A DNA stretch of 64,000 nucleotides from Gnetum montanum. Lineage: Eukaryota > Plantae > Gnetophyta. The notes beneath the pieces were generated by a model. It did not search any database. It was not told the DNA's origin and saw nothing but the letters and a program-made list of their open reading frames with translations. Made by a program: the position numbers and the translations under genes. The DNA lies in assembly GCA_015680685.1 (NCBI GenBank), contig MNCI01002682.1, positions 62,001 to 126,000 on the forward strand, read 5' to 3'. This document shows positions 50,369 to 61,246 of this stretch, piece after piece; position 1 is the first letter of the stretch; each line of letters opens with the position of its first letter.

Positions 50369-53300
50369 CTAGGAGGCGGGCTGGCCTCCAAAATCCTCCT
50401 CACCATTCACTCTCGCTCCACTGGGGCTAGCCTCATCATTACTAGGTCCCTATAATAGAACAAAAAAGAAAAAATAGGTAAGCATAACAAAACAACTCAT
50501 AAATACAAAACTCGAAAGAAAAAGTAACACTAACACTAAAAACAACAAAACCATACAAAAGTAAGCACCATAATAAAATACTCACAGGAGAAGAAGGCCT
50601 TAGGCTAGCTTCCAAGCGCCGTAGAATCTCCTCCTTGGGCACATTTGCCAAATCCTCCTCTAGGCCAAGATCAATACCAACCAAGGTTTTACCCTTGTCC
50701 ACTGAGGTCCAGGTAGGGTGCTCAAGAGAGAACATGCTTATCGAAGCCTCCCCGGAGGCGGTGGTAATGGTTCTCTCAGGAGATCCCTCTACTTTAGTGC
50801 ACTTGACGAACCTATTGTAAGCAAGACGCAAGGCTAGTCCATCAATAAAAATTTCCATCTGGCGATGTTCAACTGATTCCTCCTTTAACCACTTCTTGTA
50901 CTGGTGCTTGTGATCCTTTTGATCTTGACCCCACTTCCGTACTTTAGTAGCAAAGGATTTCCAATCATGACATTTCCTGTTTAGCAAATCCATATGTGCC
51001 CTTTGTTCTGCTAAATAGTGTGTCACCTGTACTTTGCTGTTCAAAACTGTCCAGTAATGTGCATAGGTGATCCCAGATGTGCGCCAAGTACTATCACTAG
51101 ACAGCCTAGTAGTAGCAAAATCATAACGGGATTGAAGGTCCCTCTTCTCCTCTTGCTCCTTGGCAATGTTTCCTTCAATGAGTGCACCTCATCCCATAGG
51201 TACTCAACTGAATGCCTACAAGTCCAAAGCGACTTAGCGTTTTGTATGACACAACCGGAAACTGCGTCGTAAACCTTTCTAGGGACTTGTTCAATATTCC
51301 TTGGCAATTCAAGGAGGGCATTAATATGAGTAGCCTCAGAAGGATCCCATTGAAGTTTGGCGCCTGCAAGTATGAGTACCGCACACATGAATCAGCTGTA
51401 ATTAACAATGAACACAAAGAAACACAATAAACGCAGACACTTAGCATAATACATAATGTATACATACCTAGTTCTGGATGAGCTTGTTCTAGGCAAGTGA
51501 CTTTATCATTAACGATGCTCGTGACAAAGTCCATTTTGTTGGGCATTTTAGGCCATGGCCTCAGCTGGTCAGTAGTTATTGGATAAGCATGGGAAGTCAC
51601 CTCAACTGAGGCCTGTGCCCCTGACACCTTTGCCCAGGATGTATGTGCCTCAGAAACCTCAGCATCTACCTATGGTGCTAGAAATAATCAAGATAATCAA
51701 AAACAACACATAAAAGTTAAAGGGTACAAAATATGGATCAAGCTAAAAGGAACATACCAAAAAGCCCTTTGCTGGTTAGTTTGGGATGATCACCAAGGTG
51801 CAAGGACCCATCGAGAAAACCATTGAATACACCCCTCTCATTGCTTGAATGCCTAAGTTCATCCAAAGCCTCAATGAGCTTTGATCCCATGATGCTTGTT
51901 ACATTTTCTTCTTGCGAGACAGGGGGTTTCTTGATTGCTTCTTCCCCCTCTTTTTCTTCTTCTTTTGGCCCTGTAATGATCACTTTTGGTTCAACCATCG
52001 GGGCCAAGGCTTCTCTTTCCCTCTCAAGGCTTTTCTTCGATAATACCAGTATTTTGATGTTAGCATGACATAGTACATACATTTAATAAACATATAAATT
52101 AAAATGAAAAAATAAAATATATAAAAATAAAATAAAATACTTACCATCCATTGGCAATACAAAGTGAATCCTCTTCGCTCTTGGTGGTCTCACCTCAGGA
52201 GCAGGCTCCCTTGGGCATTTAGCTCTCTTCACCTTCGCCTTAGATCTCCCAACAGTCTCATGAATTAGACATTCAGCTCTCCTAGGAGATGTATGCAGTC
52301 TAGGTGGTTCCAATCCCAAGCTATCATGGGAATGATGGGAACGACTAGCTGCACCCCCAGTAGTAATGGACACTGACTCATCAATGCCTTAAGGTGGGTC
52401 CTGAGATCTAGTAGTACTAAAAAAATGGTGAATCTAGGGGCGAGATAGCTATGAGTGATCCCTCAATATATAACGGCTATCACCATAAAGTACTAAAAAC
52501 TCAACAAATCTACGTAGGTAACCTGCGAAGAAGGCAAATGTGAAATGGGACTTGGTGCTAGTGTTCGAGCGTAATCTAACGATCTCTTCACGAAAGCCAG
52601 ACCCAATAAATTGTGTCCAATTATAACACATGCCTATCTCTAGGACTGCACGTATGGTACGTGCAAACTCAATCCCAAGGTTTCTTCCTTGAGAAAGAGA
52701 TTTAGGAAATGCTTATGCTTGAAAGAGAGGGTACAAGAAGTTCACCTCCATTGATTGAGTATCATCTTGCATGGCAAAAACTTTGGGACCCCAAGACACA
52801 CCTAACCAATCTTCAAGCTCCTTTATGATTTGGCTTTCTTTAGTCACTTTATCTACTGCCACTCTGGTGTCATCCATAGGCATGCCAAAGAGATTGGAAA
52901 GGAACTCAGCAGTCAGGTGAAAAGACACCTTGACTCCTCGAACCCGCGTAGTGAAATGAGAAGCATCATTGCTAAAATAATCAACAATGGTAACCATTTC
53001 AGTAGCCAAGATATTAGAAGTCAGAGCAGTGAACAAGTCCATCAAACCCGTATGGGTAAGACGGCTGATGATTAACTCAGAAGCCTTCGTTTGCAACCAT
53101 TTTTGTGATTGTTCTGTCTCTCCATACTTCATGAAAAGAGTGGCTTGAGTACGCCTTGATACGAAAGTAACTTCATCATAAGAGATGACTGTTGTAGAAA
53201 AAACATAGAGCGAAATGTTAAAAACATAGTACACGATAATGCAACAAAGAGAAAATGTAGTCTAGAATGTGATCATTTACCATCAGTAAATGGTGTAGGT

Positions 53301-54590
53301 GGATTAGGTACAAGATCAATTCTCTGAGGAAAAATTGGCCCATTGGAGGACCAATCCTCATGCAACCAACCATGAACTTGAAAATGTTCAAAAGCCGTTG
53401 AGAATTGCCTATTGTAGTCAACAATAGCACCTCTTGTTTGGTCTAGTACCGTAGCATGAAGAGTGGGGTCCACCATGAATGCCTCCAATGCTGTGCATGC
53501 TAAGGCAAGCCCACTGTCATCATCACGCATCACATTCTCATTGAAACAAGGCTTGCATAAAAGAATAATTTTTATGCATAGACAACGATATAATTTTAGA
53601 AGAATTGAAAATCAAGCAAAGCACAAAAGAGCATACCTGTCCACTTTATACACTGTCCTAGGTGGGTTTTGGAACAACGTGTGAACATGAAAAGCTAGAA
53701 AAAGTGTGTTATTGCTGCTATAATGGCTACAGATAGGCAGTTCCCATACATGAGTCAAAGGATGAGTAGACCTAGGACCCTTAGGAGGGCCTCCCTCAAT
53801 TGTAAAAAATCCCTCGTCTATGTTAGTAATGAAGGCAAGCATGTCTTGTGTAGATCCAGGCAACATTGTTTCAACCATATCACGGGCCAATTGTTCACTT
53901 AAATGAGACCATATAACTACGCTGAAACTTTGTAAAATGAATGACAAAAATGCACCAACACTAGGATGGAACCATATCACATGAGGCCCAATATGCATGT
54001 CATAAGGAGGTATGTCTGGTCCAAAGGGTCCAAACCAAGCAAGCACACCAACGAGCTCAACCACAAGGAGGGAAGGTTTAGGTCCCCTGCATATAGCCAA
54101 AACTTTAGATAAGTAAAGGGTTTGAGTGCTCAACATAACATGTAACTACATAAACCAAACACATATATAATATTTAATATATAGTTCTACCCATGGGACA
54201 AGGACACGAATATTTATTTGGTGTATTCAATGCTTACTAGGGTACATCGAAATCTCTTACACAAGTAACATAAAATGAACACGCAAGTATAAAACCATGA
54301 ACATTCATAGATTCGACATAAACATAGAAACGTGGAAACATATTTAAAATCATCTATCCAAACAAGAAAACAATAAACAGTGTATACATAAGCTCCAACA
54401 AAAAGTAAAGATTTCAGCAAACAATTCACACCTTTGCATTTTTACACAGGCTAGGCACGCTCACATTACCAGCAAATACACCAAGCTTTGACACATAAAA
54501 CTCACTAAAAATCAATTGCTGCTTTCTCTTAAACGTAAAAGACCTAGCTCACCTCACGGCAGACACTGAACTTCAAAGCTCTCCCCATGG
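50369..54590 (-). pseudogene. Antisense multi-exon accessory gene of the Tat element: dead FCP1/NIF (HAD) domain + plant-transposon-protein-like domain + charged helical C-terminus
   Basis: Minus-strand ORF blocks 54129-53637, about 53552-53280, 53188-52145, about 52037-51758, about 51677-51468, about 51396-51125, about 51037-50586 and 50450-50369. They are bounded mostly by GT/AG with T-rich introns. A few stops fit methyl-C decay. Confidence 0.7.
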
Positions 54591-56077
54591 TCGATTGATT
54601 TTCCTGACACTCAAAACTTGGCAAAAACTAGGATCGTTGTGGCCCGTATATAGGACAGTCAAAGAAAAATTGATAACAAAAAAAAAAAGAGAAGAAGAGG
54701 AAGCTCGACGAAAGAAAACGCCGCATATGAGAAGCCCACGTTGTGTGCTCACGTTGTGTGCTCACGTTGGGCGTACCCTGCAACAATACGCCCTGGAACA
54801 TGCCTTGGGAAACTCATGCCCTAGAGCTCACACTGGGCGTGCCCTAGTCGGGAAAACACAGACTTTCATTAGCCCCTGTGGTTGCATGTAGTGCGCGTTG
54901 GCAATGAGTTCATCGTGGTATTTGCCCTCAACGCAAGATATTTTCGCAAGTGCAACATTCAAGCAGTTGCAGCAAGATCACAAAAGCAAGGCTCTTAAGC
55001 AGCTGAGTTGAAGTAAACTGACCAGAAATTACAGATTGATCGAGAAAATATCAAATTGCTGCCATCAGAACAATGGCTGTGAACGATTCCCCCTAAGCTA
55101 ACTCATGTTGTGATCTTCCCTGGGCACTCATGCCTTGGAAACTCATGCCCTGGAACTCACGCTAGAGCCTTCCCTGGCACTCACGCTACACCTACCCTGG
55201 TTTGAAAAATGAAAAAGAAACCTAACTCGCCCTAATTTGACCATGCACGCCTGAAAGATGACAAAAATACAGCAAGGCATAAACCCCAGTACAAGCCCTG
55301 ATGTCCCAAAACACGGTAGAAAAACCCAAAATCGCACTAAGAAAACAACATAAAATGATGTCCATGAGAGACCATGTTGCCCTAGCTAACACTATGCACA
55401 AAATACTGGAAAGAAACAAGAAGAAATGGACCTACGTAGAGCTCCATCCCATGCTGGAATTCTGGCTTGAGGGAGATGCTGAAGTAGCTCTTCACTCTCC
55501 TCCACGAACGCCAGATTTGCTTGCCTCTTCTCTTTGCCTCAGCTTGCTTTTGCTTTGCTCTTCATTACTGGTCCTATAACTTATGCTGCAACTCATGCCA
55601 ACGCTCATGCTACACTCTCTAGCTTTCTCACGCTACAATCCAAATTCCCAAGAGCTCACGCTAGCATAAATGACACCCCTTTACCTCAAAATCGCCTTTT
55701 TAACTCCCATCTTCATTTCCATTTTGTTTATTTATTTTATTTAGTAATTTATCATGTTTCAGGATTAACTTTTCCTTTCATATTATTATTTACATCATCT
55801 TTATTTCATTCTTACATAGTATTCCTCATTATTTCATTCTTTGGAGATAAAGTCAAAATGTTAAAGATGGCAAAAATAAAATAGAGGGGGGAAGAGAGAA
55901 AGGTTAAAATCAAAATGAAATGATGAAAAAAATATAGATATATATAAATATATAGAAAAATATATATAGTGGCATGCATAAAAATCCATAAGACTATAAA
56001 ATCCCATAAACTTGTTGTTCGCATGAAACATAGAAATTAACAATATTCTGTACACTCATTCATAACACTGAATATTA

Positions 56078-56135
56078 CCAGCCCGGTATGGCCTAAAACT
56101 GCCATGTGGTCCAGGTATGACACTAAACTACCACT
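56078..56135 (+). ncRNA. Array B of predicted pseudoknot units (2) upstream of pol
   Basis: agccc-ggta-t-ggcc-taaaac-tgcc and ggtcc-aggta-t-gaca-ctaaac-tacc. Confidence 0.5.
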
Positions 56136-56256
56136 ATGATCCTCAATTTAGTTAGTACATATATTAATTACCTGATGCTCGTTTGCATTTAACAATTCCC
56201 TCGTCAAGCCAATGTCACTCACTTCGCTCCTAGTTTAAATTGGCAGGAGCGAGCAC

Positions 56257-59200
56257 ATGGCCACTAAGAATATCTTTTCAACATTGTCTCTCAGTGGACC
56301 ACATGGAGAAGTAAAAAGAGTAATGAAGATAGAATCCTTGGATCTAGACCCATATGCTTACACTAATTTAATGGCCTCCATTCAGGAAACGTCATATTGG
56401 TCTAAAAATGTGGCTAAGATTTTAGATCTAGAGGCCGATAATATTACTGAAGATCCTCTCATTGAAGTCCCCATTATTACATCCAATGATGAAACTAAAA
56501 CATTGAAATTAAGTGCTCTACTAGACTCACAACTTGTCAGTGACATCACTCAAGTACTAAAAGATGATATAAAAATATTTGCATGGTCATATACCGACAT
56601 GCCAGGGTTGGACCCTCGAATCGTCCAACATAACATTATCCTTGATGAAAAAGTCAAACCCGTGAAGCAAAAGGTATGAAAGGTTAGACCTAAAGTGGCA
56701 TTAGCAGTCCGCAATGAAATCACAAAGCTCTACCAAGTCGGTTTCATCCGAGCCGTTGACTATTCCGATTAGGTATCAAACATTGTCGTAGTCCCTAAGA
56801 AGAACGGTAGTATACACATATGCATTGACTTTCATGATCTTAACATAGCCACTATCAAGGATGACTTCCTGCTACCTAGTATCAATCAACTTATTGACAC
56901 AACTGCTGGGCACACTCTATTATCCTTTATGGATGGATTTTCAGGATATAATCAAATAAGAATCAACCTAGAACATCAACTCAGGACAACCTTTATGACA
57001 CCTTGGGGCACATTCTGATATACAATGATGTCGTTTGGTCTTAAAAATGTAGGCGCTACATATCAACAAGCAATGACATATATATTTAGCGATTACATGC
57101 TCAATTTGCTCAATGATTATGTTGATGACATTGCGGTTAACTCCAAAACAACCGAACAACATGCAAAAGATCTAGACTTAGTGCTTAAACGTTGTCTCAA
57201 ACATGACCTCAGACTCAATCCAAAGAAGTGTGTCTTTGGTGTCAAAACAGGCAAATTGCTTGGCTTCATAATCTCTAACAAAGGGATACGAGTAGACCCT
57301 GATAAGGTTAAGGCAATAACTAACATGCAACCACCAAAAAACTTTACCAAACTACGTGGTCTACAAGGTAGGTTACAATTCATTAGACACTTTATTGCAA
57401 ATCTGACAGATAGGTTGAGACCCATGCAACACCTACTATGAAAGAATGTGCATTTCCAATGGACTCAACAATGCCAGGAAGCATTTGAGGACATAAAGCA
57501 AGAGTTGGCTCAAATCTCGACGGTTTATCCCCCACAAAGCGATAAACCCTTCTACATCTACCTTGCGACCTCCGATTCTTCCATTGCATCGATGCTTTGC
57601 GAAAAACATGAAGATGGAATCGAGATTCCTATATATTACTTAAGCCATGCTCTAATCACCTATGAAAAATGATACAATGACGTGGAGAGATCATGCCTTG
57701 ACCTTGTGTTCTCCTTGAAGAAATGGTGGCATTATCTCTTCCGTAATCAAGTCTACATCATTTGCAAGAATAATGTGCTCCGTGCCATCAATAGCAACAT
57801 CTACGAGTCAAGTAGGATAGCCAAATGGAAAGCAATGATTGCAAAGTTTGACCTACACTATGTTGCTCAATCCTCCACAAAAGGTCAAGTAATTGTCACA
57901 CAATTGACCGTCTCGCCAATGCATGATCAAGGAACGATTAACCCTGAATTCCATGATGAGAATGTTAACAGTATAGACACCGTACCTGATAACTATGAGG
58001 TGATCCTTTATTTTGATGGAGCTTCAACTTTCCAAGGAGGAAGTTTTGTGGCCATTTTAGCATACCCCTCTGGAGAAATTCGAACCTTCGCCTACTAATT
58101 GATCTTTCCTTGTACCAATAAAATGGCAGAATACGAAGGTCTTCTTAGAGGTCTTCAAGCAGCATTGACTTCGGGAATCGCACATCTTGTAGTTTGAGGC
58201 AATTCACAGTTAGTCATTAATCAAGTCACAGAAGTTTATGCATGCAAGGCTCTCCATTTGCAACCATATTGTGATTTGACCAAATATTTGCTGAAGCAAT
58301 TAGTAGACGTGGATATACAACATGTCCCTAGAAGCGAAAATCCCGTTGCTGATGCACTCGCTACATTAGCCCTAAACATGACACCTGAAATGTTCTATGT
58401 GTTGCCCAGCTCTATAACAGATTATGCCAAACCTATAACCGACGCTCTCGATGAAATGACCATAGCATTCGTTAGCACAACACATGAAATAAAATGGTAC
58501 GATGACATAAAAGAGTACCTTCTACAAGGCAAACCTCCACAACATTTAACAAACGTTCAAAAGGATGCAGTGCAAAAATGCTCTTGGCAATATGCATTAA
58601 TAGGAGACACATTGTGTCGCAGATCCTATGAAGGCATTCTGTTGATGTGCGTTAGTAGCATCGACAGTCAAACAATTGTAGAACAAGTCCACGAAGGACT
58701 TTGTGGAAGGCACATAGCATCCAAAGCAATGGCAACAAAGATTAGGCATTTGGGCTACTACTGGCCACACGTGGAGTACGATTGCTTCTCCAGGGTCAGG
58801 ACATGTGACATTTGCCAAAGGCACGGTAACCTAATACATGTGCCACCTAATGAATAGCACACAACACAAATCACATGGCCATTCCAAAGATGGGGATTAG
58901 ACTTAATTGGACCGATAACGCCGCCATCTTCCGCAGGGCATATCTTCATTATCACTACAATTGAATACTTCACAAAATGGGTAAAAGCTATTCCCCTCAG
59001 GAAGACCACCTCTAAACATGTTTGTACTTTCATAATAGGAAACATCATGACCTGTTTTGGTATTTTGATGACCATCGTTACCGATAATGGGCCACAGTTC
59101 AGCAGTGTGGATACTAAGAGCTTCTATGAAATCCTGGGTATTAAACATGCATTCTCGTCACCTTACTACTCATAGAGCAATGGTCAAGCGGAGGATACAA

Positions 59201-59717
59201 ACAAAATTGTCATCATAGTGCTTAAAAAGATGCTAAATCAGAGCAAGAGGCGATGGCACGAATAACTAGTTTATGCATTTTGGGCATACAAAACGACACA
59301 TCGAACATCTATAGGTAAAACTCCATATAATCTTGTATACGGATTTGAAGCTATAGGTAAAACTCGTTGTGGATAGTTCTCTCAGGGCTCCTCGATGAAA
59401 GCCAAAGTGATGAACTGCACATTGCTGACCTTGACTCGGTGGAGGAGGAACGTGTGCGAACGCTTGATCAGATTGAGTGGTACCAGAAACAACAATGGCA
59501 ACGACATAAACACGATCTGCAAAAACACTCGATTAAGGAAGGAGACCTAGTCCTTAAGGGCATCTGTGAACATCCAGACAAATTCTTAGCTAACTGGAAA
59601 GGACCTTACTTAGTCACCAAGGCGTACAATAACGGAGCATTCAAATTTGCTGACATGGACAGGAATGAGTTCGCTAATCCTACAAATCACCTGTACCTGA
59701 AATGATACTATGTCTGA
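56257..59717 (+). pseudogene. Tat pol: RT - RNase H - archaeal-type RNase H - integrase, disrupted
   Basis: FAWSYTDMPGLDP; SFMDGFSGYNQI; YVDDI; LNPKKCVFGV..GKLLGFII; aRH LYFDGAS...AEYEGL..GL...SQLVINQV...HVPRSENPVADALA; integrase HEGLCG.H...GYYWP...C..CQ, WGLDLIGP, IVTDNGPQF. Confidence 0.93.
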
Positions 59718-59734
59718 TGAACTTGAGGTATGTA

Positions 59735-60066
59735 ATGGTCCTGGCATCACAACCTAAAACTGATACCATAGAACGGTCCTAGGGCTATGACTTGAAACTG
59801 GCACCACAGAGTGTCCTAGAGTCATGACGGTAAACTGACACCATAGAGCTCCATCTGGTATAACACTAAACTACCACATTTGTTGGCCATGACGTAAAAC
59901 TAGCATGCAGAGTCCACTAAGAATATAAATTGGTTTGCCTCTTCACAGTCCGCTATGACTATAAACTAGCACTGCACCATCTGCTACGATGCTAAACTAG
60001 CATCGTCCAAAGGGTTATGATGTGAAACTAACCTGCAACAGTATGCTAAGACTATAAACTGGTGAC
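59735..60066 (+). ncRNA. Array C of predicted pseudoknot units (about 10) immediately after the integrase stop
   Basis: Ten units, about 30-37 nt apart, with a conserved A-YGACNNTAAAC-T core, variable complementary flanks and an upstream GTC-like strand. Confidence 0.6.
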
Positions 60067-61246
60067 ATCATCAATGACCAGGCAATACTTGAAAAGATAT
60101 GTTGCGGCTATTGGCTGTATGTGTTTCACAAAGACTTGCTGCATAATGGACCCTGATGAAGCTGATGCTATTCATGATCCTATCTGCTTTGAAATTGCAG
60201 ACGGTGGCTCTATCTCCTTGGTTATTTTCAAGTTAAGGTGCTTAGTTAATCGAATCATTTGTGGTTTTCTTGTCCTCTTGGAGTTGTGTTTACAGGATGA
60301 CACACCCGAGGCATTCGTGCATAGATGCACTTCATCATGATGACAAGGTATCACATTCCTCTTGATGCACACAATTGGGTTAATCAATCCATTCATAAGT
60401 ACATTCTTGACTCTTGATACATTCCGTATTCCCCATCATGTTCCCCTTATCTCATTCAATTATACCCCCTTGATAAATTTGACTCACCCCAAAGCTCTTG
60501 GTACACTATTGCATACTATGATTCTCTAAGTAATTGCAACGCAAAACACAGTACATAGTACATGATACAAATGCAAACGCATGAGCATGAGTATAGCATT
60601 GAAAGCAAGCTCTTCCAAAAAGAACAAAAAAACAAGAAGAAAAGAAAAACAAAAAGAAAAGAAAAGCAAACAAAAAGAAAAAGAATAAAAAGATCAAACA
60701 ACAAAATGCACAGAAAAGGTCTTCATGACCCCGTGGACATCATAGACCAAAGACCATTTGCTCTTCTCATATAAGCCCTAGGTAGGAAGGCAATCGTCTT
60801 AGAAAGAAAGTTACACTCGTGTCTCAAAAGGTCATGTTGCACATCATCGCGTGGCTTTGGCTATTTATAATGGTCCCCCGTAAACACTCTACAAGTGTCC
60901 CATTTCTCCAAAGAACAAACATTTTATGTCTTAGTTCCGAGTCTGCTAAACACTGGCTATTGACAAGGATAAAAAATATGGCTCATTCACAGGAGAGCAT
61001 TCCTCTCCCATAATTCCAATAGTAATTATAATCCTTGATTAACTCCTGATTTCCCCCTAGTTACAACCAATCCCCTTGCATATTGAACTACATTTTCCCA
61101 TTCCCATGTACTTTTGAACATGGCGTGATGACATCCAGCCAAGGGTCGACGGATAATGCTTGTTACTTGGTTGGTCATGGTGTTTTGTACTTCTTTGTCA
61201 ATGCCTCTCAGGTGGATTCCTCCAAACGTCAACAAAGAAGGGCTAA

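Noticed and set aside
49970-56070. Independent nested TE inside the Tat element
   Set aside because: No LTRs, TIRs, poly-A or TSD found, and it shares the CTCACGC motif with the host LTRs. Not fully excluded without sister copies.
57990-58380. Horizontally acquired prokaryotic RNase H
   Set aside because: Archaeal-type RNase H between RH and integrase is the established hallmark of Tat elements.
59735-60066. CRISPR array (conserved repeat with variable spacers)
   Set aside because: Eukaryotic retrotransposon context, a conserved core of only about 13 nt, 'spacers' that base-pair with each other, and no cas genes.
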